The translations under genes were made by a program, and so were the position numbers. A stretch of DNA of 43,893 bases from Ideonella sp. (lineage in GTDB: Bacteria; Pseudomonadota; Gammaproteobacteria; Burkholderiales; Burkholderiaceae_C), in contig JBDHSE010000001.1 in the NCBI GenBank assembly GCA_039807955.1, forward strand, positions 1 through 43,893, written 5' to 3'. Each line of letters begins with the position of its first letter. Position 1 is the stretch's first letter. Shown one piece after another: positions 1-8,677 of this stretch. Below the pieces are notes generated by a model. It was not told where the DNA came from, did no database searches, and was given only the letters and a program-made list of their open reading frames with translations.

Positions 1-123
1 CACCCGATCGCGCCGCCCTCGGGCACGCTGGCAGCGTTGCGAATCCTCGCGATGGCGCAGGCCATCGCTGTGGTTCGGCCTTGCAGGCCGCGTGCTCGCG
101 GCACGCTCGCACCGCTCGCCAAG

Positions 124-150
124 CGAGAACCGTCCTCAGGACGGTTCTCG
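124..150. repeat. Perfect inverted repeat (12-bp stem, 3-nt loop) in the unresolved region upstream of ubiV
   Basis: CGAGAACCGTCC-TCA-GGACGGTTCTCG read directly. There is no T-tract after it, so it is not a canonical intrinsic terminator. Function unknown. Confidence 0.6.
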
Positions 151-233
151 TCCGGGCTCGCCCTTGCCAGCCCACCCGATGTCGGCCCGTTCGGGCGCGT
201 CCAACCGCCAGATGTAGGTTGAAAGGACAAGGC

Positions 234-1247
234 GTGCGCTACACATCGAACACCAACACCGGCTGCGGGCCGGACGGCAGCCCGGCAGTCTCAGCCAACA
301 CGCAAGGCGACGACCAACCGGCGCGCATTGCGCTCACCGTAGGGCCGCTGCTCTACCACTGGCCGCGCCAGACGCTGATGGACTTCTACGCCGAGCTTGC
401 CGACTCGGCAGCCGACACCATCGTGCTCGGCGAAACGGTGTGCTCGCGTCGGCGCGAGATGAAGCCCGACGACTGGTTCGGCCTCGCCCGCGACCTCGCT
501 GCCGAGGGCAAGGAGATCGTGCTCGCGACGCAAGCGCTGATCGAGTCCGAATCCGACCTGCGCCTTGTGCGCCGGCTTGCCGAGCAGGCCGACTTCCTCG
601 TCGAGGCGGGCGACGCGTCGGCGCTGCACCGGCTCGCCGGCAAGCTGCCGTTCGTGCTCGGCCCGCACATCAACATCTACAGCCGCGAGGCGCTCGTCGA
701 GCACGCCGCGCTCGGTGCCAGGCGCTGGGCGCCGCCGGTCGAACTGAGCATCGAAGCGATCGCGCTCGTCAACCCGCCGGCCGACCCGGTGCGCGCGCTC
801 GACGGCACGCCGATCGCGACCGAGGTGTTCGCCTTCGGCCGCCTGCCGCTCGCGTTCTCGGCGCGCTGCTTCACGGCGCGCCATCACCGCCTGAACAAGG
901 ACGAATGCGAGTTCCGCTGCATGGCCGACGCCGACGGCATGCTGCTCGCGAGCAGCGAGGGCCAGCCCTTCCTCGTGCTCAACGGCACGCAGACACAATC
1001 GGCGGCGACGCAGTGCCTGATCAGCGAAGCGGCTGCGCTGCGCGCGGCCGGCGTAACAAGGCTGCGGCTGTCGCCGGCGTCGAACCGCTTCACGACCGTG
1101 CTGTCGCATTTCGAGCAGGTCATCAACCACGGCGCCGACGCCGCCGAAGCGCTGCGCGAGATCGAGTCGCTGGTGCCGGCCGGCGGCCTGTGCAACGGCT
1201 TCGCGCATCGCAAACCCGGCATGGAACTCGACCTCGAAGCCGCATGA
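234..1247 (+). CDS. ubiV: U32-family Fe-S protein UbiV (O2-independent ubiquinone hydroxylation)
   Basis: The N-terminus IALTVGPLLYHWPRQTLMDFY resembles E. coli YhbV/UbiV. The Cys pattern is ETVC...CFTARHHRLNKDECEFRC (C-X12-C-X3-C), the U32 Fe-S signature. An SCP2 gene follows immediately with an ATGA overlap. I chose GTG 234 as the start because AAGGA lies 6 nt upstream, but the frame stays open further 5', so the start is uncertain. Confidence 0.8.
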   Translation: MRYTSNTNTGCGPDGSPAVSANTQGDDQPARIALTVGPLLYHWPRQTLMDFYAELADSAADTIVLGETVCSRRREMKPDDWFGLARDLAAEGKEIVLATQALIESESDLRLVRRLAEQADFLVEAGDASALHRLAGKLPFVLGPHINIYSREALVEHAALGARRWAPPVELSIEAIALVNPPADPVRALDGTPIATEVFAFGRLPLAFSARCFTARHHRLNKDECEFRCMADADGMLLASSEGQPFLVLNGTQTQSAATQCLISEAAALRAAGVTRLRLSPASNRFTTVLSHFEQVINHGADAAEALREIESLVPAGGLCNGFAHRKPGMELDLEAA

Positions 1248-1696
1248 GGAGCCCGATGAACACGACGACCACTTCCACCCCGAAGCTGCCGCCGCTGGCG
1301 GATGCCGCCGCCGCGCGGCTGCGTGCGATCGTCGAGCGGTTGCCGGTGCAGCCGCCGTCGTTCGTCCTCGCCCGCGTGCTCGATCGCATGCTGCTGCCGA
1401 AGCTGCCGGCCGACGCGCGCGCCGCGCTCGGCAACCGCACCGTCGAGGTCGCCGTCAGCGACCTCGGTCTGCGCGTGCGGCTGCAGCTCGCGGCGGGCGG
1501 CTTTCGCGTCGCGCCGGAGCGCAGCGAGACGGCGCTGCGCATCGTCGCGCCGGCCAGGAGCTATCTGCGCCTGCTGCGCGGCGAGGACGACGCCGACCGC
1601 CTGTTCTTCGAGCGCGCGCTCGTGATGGAGGGCGACACCGAGATGGGCCTCGTGCTGAAGAACACGCTCGACGCGATCGGCCCGCTATGGCGCTGA
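1244..1696 (+). CDS. ubiT: SCP2-domain lipid-binding protein UbiT
   Basis: About 150 aa. The C-terminal ...RLFFERALVMEGDTEMGLVLKNTLD is typical of the SCP2/YhbT family. The start codon overlaps the ubiV stop (ATGA at 1244-1247). Confidence 0.75.
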   Translation: MRSPMNTTTTSTPKLPPLADAAAARLRAIVERLPVQPPSFVLARVLDRMLLPKLPADARAALGNRTVEVAVSDLGLRVRLQLAAGGFRVAPERSETALRIVAPARSYLRLLRGEDDADRLFFERALVMEGDTEMGLVLKNTLDAIGPLWR

Positions 1697-3372
1697 CCGC
1701 ACGCAAGCCGCGCGTCGCGGCCGCGAAGCGGACCAAGGCCAGCCTCACCGAGCGGCTGCTGCAGGCGCTCGCCGCGCGCGGCGCGACCGAAATCTTCGGC
1801 ATCCCGGGCGACTTCGCGCTGCCGATGTTTCGCGAGTTCGAGCGCTCGCGTGTGCTGCCGCTGTACACGCTGTCGCACGAGCCGGCGGTCGGCTTTGCTG
1901 CCGATGCGGCGTCGCGCGCGCGTGGCGGCCTCGGTGTCGCCGCGGTGACCTACGGCGCCGGCGCGTTGAACCTCGTCAACACGGTTGCCGGCGCGTATGC
2001 CGAGCGCGTGCCGCTCGTCGTGCTGTCGGGCGCGCCGGCCGCGCACGAGGCGGCGAGCGGCTACCTGCTGCACCACCAGGTCAAGACGATCGAATCGCAG
2101 TGGCGCATCTACCGCGAGATCACCGCCGACCGCGCCCGGCTCGACGATGCGCAGACCGCGCCGCAGAGAATCGCGCGCGTGCTCGACACGGCGCTGCGCC
2201 TGTCGCGCCCGGTCTACCTCGAGATCCCGCGCGACATGCCGGCCGCGCCCTGCGACGCGGTGCCGACGACCGCCGCGCCCGAGCCCGACGCCGACGCGCT
2301 CGACGCCTGCGCCGACGAACTGCTCGCGCGGCTGCGGCGCGCGAAGCACCCGCTGCTGCTGGTCGGCGTCGAGGTCCGCCGCTACGGGCTCGAGGCGCGC
2401 GTCGCCGAACTGGCGCGGCGCCTCGGCGTGCCGGTCGCGACCACCGTCATGGGCCGCGGCCTGCTCGCCAACACCGACGCACCGCTGCGCGGCACCTACC
2501 TCGGGCTCGCCGGCGACCCGGCGTTGAGCGCCGAGGTCGAGACTTCGGACGGCCTCTTCTTGCTCGGCGTGATCCTGTCCGACACCAACTTCGCCGTCTC
2601 TGCGAAGCGCATCGACGTGCGCCACGCGATCCAGGCGCTCGACGGCCGGGTCGTGATGGGGCATCACCACTACCCGGACATTCCTCTCGCGATGCTCGTC
2701 GATCGCCTGCTCGACCGGCTGCCGGCGGCGCGTGCTGCGCGCAAGACCGGCAAGCGCGCGGCGCCACCGAAAGCGGTGCCGACGACCGATGCGGCGGCCA
2801 TCCGCCCGGCCGACATCGCGGCGGCGGTCAACGAGATGATGCGCGAGCACGGCCCGCACCCGATCGCAAGCGACGTCGGCGACTGCCTGTTCACCGCGAT
2901 GGACATGGACCCGACGGCGCTCGTCGCGCCCGGCTACTACGCGACGATGGGCTACGGCGTGCCGGCCGGCCTCGGCCTGCAGGCGGCGGGCGGGCAGCGG
3001 CCGCTCGTCCTGGTCGGCGACGGCGCGTTCCAGATGACGGGCTGGGAACTCGGCAACGCACGCCGCTACGGCTGGGACCCGATCGTCCTCGTCTTCAACA
3101 ACGCATCGTGGGAGATGCTGCGCGCGTTCGAGCCGCGCGACGCGTTCAACACGCTTGGCACCTGGGACTTCGCGTCGATGGCGGCCGGCATGGGCGGCGA
3201 CGGCCACTGCGTTTGCACCTGCGGCGAGCTGCGCGCCGCGCTGCAGACGGCGGCGACCACGCGCGGGCGCTTCCAGCTGATCGACATCCGCCTCGCCCCC
3301 GGCGTTCAGTCGCCGACGCTCGAACGCTTCGTCAAGGCCGTCAAGCGGCTTTCGATGCCCGACTCAGACTGA
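1687..3372 (+). CDS. TPP-dependent 2-keto-acid decarboxylase (indolepyruvate/phenylpyruvate/pyruvate decarboxylase family)
   Basis: Motifs are FGIPGDFALPMF (N-terminal PYR domain), GYLLHHQ (the LLHHTLG-like motif of the PDC/IPDC family) and the TPP-binding motif GDGAFQMTGWELG...VFNN. The start overlaps the ubiT 3' end by 10 nt. Confidence 0.85.
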   Translation: MALTARKPRVAAAKRTKASLTERLLQALAARGATEIFGIPGDFALPMFREFERSRVLPLYTLSHEPAVGFAADAASRARGGLGVAAVTYGAGALNLVNTVAGAYAERVPLVVLSGAPAAHEAASGYLLHHQVKTIESQWRIYREITADRARLDDAQTAPQRIARVLDTALRLSRPVYLEIPRDMPAAPCDAVPTTAAPEPDADALDACADELLARLRRAKHPLLLVGVEVRRYGLEARVAELARRLGVPVATTVMGRGLLANTDAPLRGTYLGLAGDPALSAEVETSDGLFLLGVILSDTNFAVSAKRIDVRHAIQALDGRVVMGHHHYPDIPLAMLVDRLLDRLPAARAARKTGKRAAPPKAVPTTDAAAIRPADIAAAVNEMMREHGPHPIASDVGDCLFTAMDMDPTALVAPGYYATMGYGVPAGLGLQAAGGQRPLVLVGDGAFQMTGWELGNARRYGWDPIVLVFNNASWEMLRAFEPRDAFNTLGTWDFASMAAGMGGDGHCVCTCGELRAALQTAATTRGRFQLIDIRLAPGVQSPTLERFVKAVKRLSMPDSD

Positions 3373-3586
3373 ACCGGGGAGCCGACAACTCGCGTCTGCT
3401 CGGCACCTCAGCCGCAGGTGCTCGCAGCGCCGGCCGCTTGATATCGGACAGATTTCACGCCGCCGCCCGAGCTTGGCCCGGTGTCGGCGCGTCGCCAGCG
3501 TACCTTTGGGTACCATTCGCACGGTGTGGGATTCTCTACGCCGTGCTCGGTGCGCGGCGCTGAACCCAGCGCGCAGGAACTTCTCG

Positions 3587-4813
3587 ATGACGTCTTGGAA
3601 ACTGGCAACCCTGGTTGCGGTGGGGTCGGGTCTGTCGTTGCTCGCCAGTTGTGGCGGCGGCAGCGGACGCTATACCGGCACCGACCTGATCGTCACGGGC
3701 AGCGGGCCTGCCGACGTGCTGTACGGCGGCGACACGGCCGAGTTCGTGATGACGGTGCGCAACGGCGGCGACTACGACGCCAATGACGTCACGATCACGA
3801 ACCTGATCGGCAACCAGATGGCGGTCACGTCGATGACCTGCACCGCAAGCGGCGGCGCGACGTGCCCGTCGCCGGTCAGCGTCGTGACGACCGTGCCGGT
3901 CCTGCCGGCGGGCGGCAAGTTGAGTTTCCAGGTCAATGCACTGCTGGCGCAGGGTGCCAACGGGCTGCTGACCAACACGTTGACGGCGAGCTTCACGAAC
4001 GAGAACAGTCGAAGCGACAACTCGGCGACCGCGACCGTCACCGCCAGCGGCAACAACCTGAGCGTGACCGGCACGGCGCCGGCCGGACCGCTCGTCGAGC
4101 CTGCGGCGAGTTTCACGATGGTGATCGGCAACAGCGGACCGAGCGATGCGCAAAACGTCTCCCTCACGAACGTGCTGAGCGAGAACCTGAGCCTTGCCGC
4201 ACCGATCGACTGCGCATCCGCGGGCGGAGCGTCCCTGCCGGTGCTGCAATCCGATGGATCGATGATCTCGGCGCTGATTCCGGTCGATGCAACGCTGACC
4301 TGCGTTGTGCCGGTGACGGTGGCGGATGGCACCAACGGTCTCGTTGGTACGACGATGACGGTAAGCGCGCGGGGGGACGCAAGGCCCGCCGACAACGTCG
4401 CGACGGCCTATGTCCAGGCGACGCTCGTCAACAACGTGACGATCAGCGCGAATCCGGCGACCGGGAACGTTCCCGGCGGCGGTTCGACGGTGTTCACCTT
4501 CGTCATCGGAAACAACGGCCCGGCGCAGGCCAAGGACGTGGCGATCACGAACACGCTGGGCCCGAACCTGACGCTCGCCGGCGCTATCGATTGCGTCGCC
4601 GCCGGCGGGGCGGACGCGGCGACGCTGCAGCCCGATGGCAGCCTGCTGTCTGCGTCGATTCCGCTCGGCGCAACGCTGACCTGCAACGTGCCGGCGACGG
4701 TTGCCACCGGAACGACCGGCCGGGTCAGCACGACGATGACCGTCGCGGCGGCGTGGGACCAGCACAGCGGCGACAACAGCGCGACGGCATCGATCGTTGC
4801 CGTGAGGCCATGA
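3587..4813 (+). CDS. Lipoprotein with three tandem DUF11-like (conserved repeat domain) units
   Basis: Signal peptide plus lipobox LLASC. Three units of about 125 aa each share the pattern ...F.(M/F)V(I/R)(G)N.G..DA..V..TN.L...L......C.A.GGA.C/L......TL.C.VP..V. I used ATG 3587 rather than the longer ORF start at 3473. Confidence 0.75.
   Translation: MTSWKLATLVAVGSGLSLLASCGGGSGRYTGTDLIVTGSGPADVLYGGDTAEFVMTVRNGGDYDANDVTITNLIGNQMAVTSMTCTASGGATCPSPVSVVTTVPVLPAGGKLSFQVNALLAQGANGLLTNTLTASFTNENSRSDNSATATVTASGNNLSVTGTAPAGPLVEPAASFTMVIGNSGPSDAQNVSLTNVLSENLSLAAPIDCASAGGASLPVLQSDGSMISALIPVDATLTCVVPVTVADGTNGLVGTTMTVSARGDARPADNVATAYVQATLVNNVTISANPATGNVPGGGSTVFTFVIGNNGPAQAKDVAITNTLGPNLTLAGAIDCVAAGGADAATLQPDGSLLSASIPLGATLTCNVPATVATGTTGRVSTTMTVAAAWDQHSGDNSATASIVAVRP
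3683..4804 (+). repeat. Three tandem protein-level repeats (period about 375 nt) inside the lipoprotein gene
   Basis: Units begin near 3683, 4052 and 4430. Units 2 and 3 are clearly more similar to each other than to unit 1. Confidence 0.7.
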
Positions 4814-4945
4814 CATCCGACTGCGACGACGCGCGATGCGGCGCATCATCGACGGCGTCCGCTGGCCCTGCGGAACGCGCGGTGATCGGGCCGCCGTGCC
4901 TTCGCAACCATCTGCGTCGCCATCGGTGATGCGTCGGGAACCAGC

Positions 4946-5758
4946 ATGACCTGCAACCACATCGTCTTCATCGTCATGGACAGTTGCCGCTACGACAGCT
5001 TCGTCGCCGCGCGCACGCCCAACATCGACCGGCTCGGTCAAGCCGAGCGGCGCTACTCGTACGCGTCGTGGACCGCGCCGTCGCACCATGCCTTCGCGAT
5101 GGGCATGATGCCGCACGCGAGCCCGAAGGAGGTGTTCGCGTCAGAGGTCTACAAGGAGGAGTTCTCGCTGTGGACCGAGCGCACCGGACACGCCGGCATC
5201 CAGTTCAAGGAGTTCCTGCCCGACCTGTCGCTGCCGAAGGTGCTGCGCAACATCGGCTACCGCACGGTGGCCAAGGTGTCGCTGCCGGTGCTCAACAAGA
5301 ACACGCTCATCAGCCGCGACTTCGACGACTACAAGCTGATGAAGAACCACAACGACTTCGCCGGCATGATCGACGAGATGGAGTTTCCCGACGAGCCGCA
5401 CTACTACTTCCTCAACCTCGGCGAGACGCACTATCCGTACATGCTCTCGGGCGCCGACCTGCCGCACATCTCGGGCGTACACGGCGCGCTGAAGTCGATG
5501 GACGACGCGCCGGCGCGCGCCGAGAAGCAGACCTTCGACGCGGCGCAGATGCGGATGCTGCAGCAGCAGCAGGTGAAATGCGTCGAGTACATCGACGGCC
5601 AGATCGGCCGCCTGATGGCGCAGACGCCGCCGAACACGCATTTCATCGTCACCGCCGACCACGGGGAACTGTTCGGCGAGGATGGCTACTTCGGCCACGG
5701 ACCGATCATGCACGAGAAGTGCTTCGAGGTGCCGTTCGTCGAGGGCCGCCTGGCCTGA
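4946..5758 (+). CDS. Small alkaline-phosphatase-superfamily enzyme (NPP/sulfatase-like fold, probable Thr nucleophile)
   Basis: IVFIVMDSCRYD is the metal-binding Asp strand. SWTAPSHHAFAMGMMP is a T-x-P...G..P nucleophile-loop pattern like that of NPPs. TADHGELFGEDGYFGHG is the C-terminal metal ligand motif. Confidence 0.7.
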   Translation: MTCNHIVFIVMDSCRYDSFVAARTPNIDRLGQAERRYSYASWTAPSHHAFAMGMMPHASPKEVFASEVYKEEFSLWTERTGHAGIQFKEFLPDLSLPKVLRNIGYRTVAKVSLPVLNKNTLISRDFDDYKLMKNHNDFAGMIDEMEFPDEPHYYFLNLGETHYPYMLSGADLPHISGVHGALKSMDDAPARAEKQTFDAAQMRMLQQQQVKCVEYIDGQIGRLMAQTPPNTHFIVTADHGELFGEDGYFGHGPIMHEKCFEVPFVEGRLA

Positions 5759-5771
5759 CGACAGCCGCGCG

Positions 5772-6683
5772 ATGGCCGATCCGCTGTTCCTGCTGGCGCC
5801 GCCGAGGTCGTACACCTCGCTCGTCAATGCGATGCTCGGGCAGCATCCGCAGGCGTTCGGGCTGCCCGAGTTGTGCCTGTTCAACGTCGACAAGCTGATC
5901 GACCTGTGGCGCGGCTCGAAAGGCGAGATCTCGGAGAACGGCGCGCTGGTGCGCCACGGCCTGCTGCGCGCCGTCTCCGAGATCTACTGCGGCGAGCAGC
6001 GCGCGACGACCGTCAACATGGCCCTGGTCTGGCTCGCGCAGCGCGAGGAGTGGGACACCGGGCGGATCTTCCGCGAACTGGTCGACAAGATCGACCCGCT
6101 GGTCGCCGTCGAGAAGAGCCCTTCCTACGTGATGTCGGTCAAGCGCATGCAGGCGATCCTGCGCGCGTTTCCGAACGCGCGGTTCGTGCATCTGGTGCGC
6201 CACCCGATCGCGCAGGGCAAGTCGCTGATGGTGATCAACGACGGCGCCTTCTGCCTCAAGGTCGAGGGCTTCGAGCTCGGCGAGGACTATGCGCTGATCG
6301 AGCCGCAGATCGCTTGGCATGACATGAACATGAACATCCTCGACTTCCTCGACGACGTCGCGCCCGAGCGGCAGATCCGCCTGCGCGGCGAGGACGTGAT
6401 GGCCGAGCCGCAGCGCTACCTGGCCCAGATCGCGCGCTGGGCCGGATGGCGCGACGATGACGCGGCGATCGAGGCGATGATGCATCCCGAACGCTCGCCG
6501 TTCGCGTGCTTCGGTCCGATCAACGCGCTGTTCGGCAACGATCCCAACTTCCTCGCCGGGCCGACCTTCCGGCCGCACACGCCGAAGCTGCCGAAACTTT
6601 CGGGACGCCTGCCGTGGCGCACCGACGGCAAGGGCCTGTACCCCGAGGTGATTGCGCTCGCCAACGAGTTCGGCTATGTCTAG
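5772..6683 (+). CDS. PAPS-dependent sulfotransferase family protein
   Basis: 5'-PSB-like loop LLAPPRSYTSL. 3'-PB-like FVHLVRHPIAQGKS. Size about 300 aa. Confidence 0.75.
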   Translation: MADPLFLLAPPRSYTSLVNAMLGQHPQAFGLPELCLFNVDKLIDLWRGSKGEISENGALVRHGLLRAVSEIYCGEQRATTVNMALVWLAQREEWDTGRIFRELVDKIDPLVAVEKSPSYVMSVKRMQAILRAFPNARFVHLVRHPIAQGKSLMVINDGAFCLKVEGFELGEDYALIEPQIAWHDMNMNILDFLDDVAPERQIRLRGEDVMAEPQRYLAQIARWAGWRDDDAAIEAMMHPERSPFACFGPINALFGNDPNFLAGPTFRPHTPKLPKLSGRLPWRTDGKGLYPEVIALANEFGYV

Positions 6684-6713
6684 CACCAGACTCCGCAGCG
6701 GCAGGGCCACGCG

Positions 6714-7130
6714 ATGAATGCACCGCCCCCTTCCGGCAAGGCGCCGCGCAAGCGCCTGTCGCCGGTGCCCGAGGATCCGCAGACCGGCCGGCCGGATTCG
6801 GCGCTGCTGTCGCCGCAGCAGCGTGCGCTTCGCACGGCGATGATCGACGCCTACGCGGCGAAGAAGGCGCGCCGCTTCCTCGAGCGTCAGGTCGAGCACA
6901 TCAACATCAAGCGCGAACTGGCCGAGGGGATCAAGTTTCTGTTCGACGAGCACGGCCGCCCGCCGCACAACGCGCCGCTCGAGGACATCGTCGACGAGCG
7001 GCGGCGGATCGAGTATCAGATCAAGTGGTTCGAAGGCATCCTGCAGGAGCTTCACCACCGGCTGGTCCGGGTCAAGGAAGTCGAGGACTACGCATTCGAG
7101 ATGCTGTCGCGCGCATCGCCCGACGAATGA
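6714..7130 (+). CDS. Hypothetical cytoplasmic protein (disordered basic N-terminus, helical C-terminus)
   Basis: Good GC3 codon bias. The stop overlaps the start of the next gene (ATGATGA at 7127-7133). I recognised no family. Confidence 0.55.
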   Translation: MNAPPPSGKAPRKRLSPVPEDPQTGRPDSALLSPQQRALRTAMIDAYAAKKARRFLERQVEHINIKRELAEGIKFLFDEHGRPPHNAPLEDIVDERRRIEYQIKWFEGILQELHHRLVRVKEVEDYAFEMLSRASPDE

Positions 7131-8677
7131 TGAAGGCGACCGCGACGAACGACGAACCTATCCCCCCGGCCCGCGTGCGTGGGCGGCCGGGCGGGGGGCG
7201 CTGGCGCGTCGGCGTCTGCATGTTCGCGCTCGGGCTGGCGGGCTGTGTCCTGGGGCCCGACTACAAGCGTCCCGATGTCCCATTACCCAAGGCCTGGCAG
7301 GCCGAACCGAAGGACGCGGCTGACCTCGCGAATACCGACTGGTGGAAGGCGTTCAACGACGCCGACCTCGACGCGCTCATCGAAACTGCGCTCGACGCGA
7401 ACAAGGACCTGAAGCTCGCAACGCTGCGCGTCGCCGCGTTCGATGCACGACTGCAGGTGAGTCGATCGGCGAACTATCCGCAGATCGGCTACACCGCCTC
7501 GGCGCAGCGCCGGCGCTACAGCCAGGAGCAGCCGACCGGCGCCGGCGGGCTGCAGTCGGGGGTCGGACCGATCGTCAACAACTTCGCCTTGGGCGCCGTC
7601 CTCAACTGGGAGATCGACCTCTGGGGCCGCGTCAAGCGATCGAACGAGGCGGCGCTCGCCGACCTGATGGCCAGCGAGGACGCACGCCGCGGCGTGATGC
7701 TGACGGTGGCGTCGAGCGTCGCGTCGAGCTATGTCGAACTGCTCGCGCTCGATCAGGAACTCGCCATTGCCCGCAAGGCGCTTGCCAACCGCAAGGAAGC
7801 CCTTGCATTGATGCAGACGAAGTACGAGGGCGGGTCGGGGACGCGGCTGGCGATCGAACAGGCGCGTGCCGATGTCGAGAAGACAGCGTCGGAAATACCG
7901 CCGATCGAAACGAGCATCGCGCGCACCGAAGGGGCGCTCAATCTGTTGCTCGGCAGGAACCCCGGGCCGGTGCAGCGCCGCACGCTGGATGCGCTGGCCC
8001 TGCCGCGAATGCCGCAGGGTGTGCCGGCCGACGTGCTGACGCGGCGCCCGGACGTGATGGCCGCCGAACAAGATCTGATCGCGGCGAACGCCCGTATCGG
8101 CGTCGCGAAGACGGCGTACTTCCCGACCCTGTCGCTTGCTGCCGCGATCGGCCTCGCGAGCGACGACCTGCGCTGGCTGTTCGCCGAAACGGCGCGCACG
8201 GGGATCGCCGGTGCCGTCCTCGCCGGGCCGATCTACACCGGCGGCCGCGTCGAGGGCGAAATTCGCGAGGCCGAACTCAACCAGCAACAGATGGCGGTGC
8301 GCTTCGAACAGTCGGTGCAGCTCGCGCTGCAGGAGGTGGAGGACGCTCTCGTGACGCGCGCCAAGTCCGAGGAACGCGAGAACGCGATGGGGCGTCGCGT
8401 CGGCGCCTTGCGCGAGGCGGAGAAACTCGCCGGCGTGCGCTACGAAGGCGGTCAGTCGACATACATGGAGGTGCTCCAGGCGCAGTTCGAGACGATCGGG
8501 GCGCAGAGCGTGCAAACCCAGAGCCGGCGCGACACCTCGCTTGCACTGATCACCGTCTACAAGGCGATGGGTGGGGGCTGGATGGTGGAGTACGACAAGC
8601 GCAAGGCGGCCGCGACTCCTGGCGCCGACGCGCAGGCGCAGGCGCAGACCGCGGACGAAACCGGGACGCAACGATGA
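7127..8677 (+). CDS. Outer-membrane efflux lipoprotein, NodT/TolC family
   Basis: The lipobox LAGC is followed by the NodT signature GPDYKRP. Two OEP repeat halves are present. The C-terminal VYKAMGGGW is typical of the family. A later start near 7220 (MFALGLAGC) is possible. Confidence 0.9.
   Translation: MMKATATNDEPIPPARVRGRPGGGRWRVGVCMFALGLAGCVLGPDYKRPDVPLPKAWQAEPKDAADLANTDWWKAFNDADLDALIETALDANKDLKLATLRVAAFDARLQVSRSANYPQIGYTASAQRRRYSQEQPTGAGGLQSGVGPIVNNFALGAVLNWEIDLWGRVKRSNEAALADLMASEDARRGVMLTVASSVASSYVELLALDQELAIARKALANRKEALALMQTKYEGGSGTRLAIEQARADVEKTASEIPPIETSIARTEGALNLLLGRNPGPVQRRTLDALALPRMPQGVPADVLTRRPDVMAAEQDLIAANARIGVAKTAYFPTLSLAAAIGLASDDLRWLFAETARTGIAGAVLAGPIYTGGRVEGEIREAELNQQQMAVRFEQSVQLALQEVEDALVTRAKSEERENAMGRRVGALREAEKLAGVRYEGGQSTYMEVLQAQFETIGAQSVQTQSRRDTSLALITVYKAMGGGWMVEYDKRKAAATPGADAQAQAQTADETGTQR

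Noticed and set aside
7342-8673. 5' extensions of track ORFs, for example 7342-11121, 6506-8677, 33685-35658, 34614-36728, 36083-38212 and 12379-14094.
   Set aside because: The extended parts run in alternative frames across the preceding, well-supported genes and translate to Arg/Ala-rich junk. Internal ATGs that coincide with the stop codons of the upstream genes give sensible N-termini.
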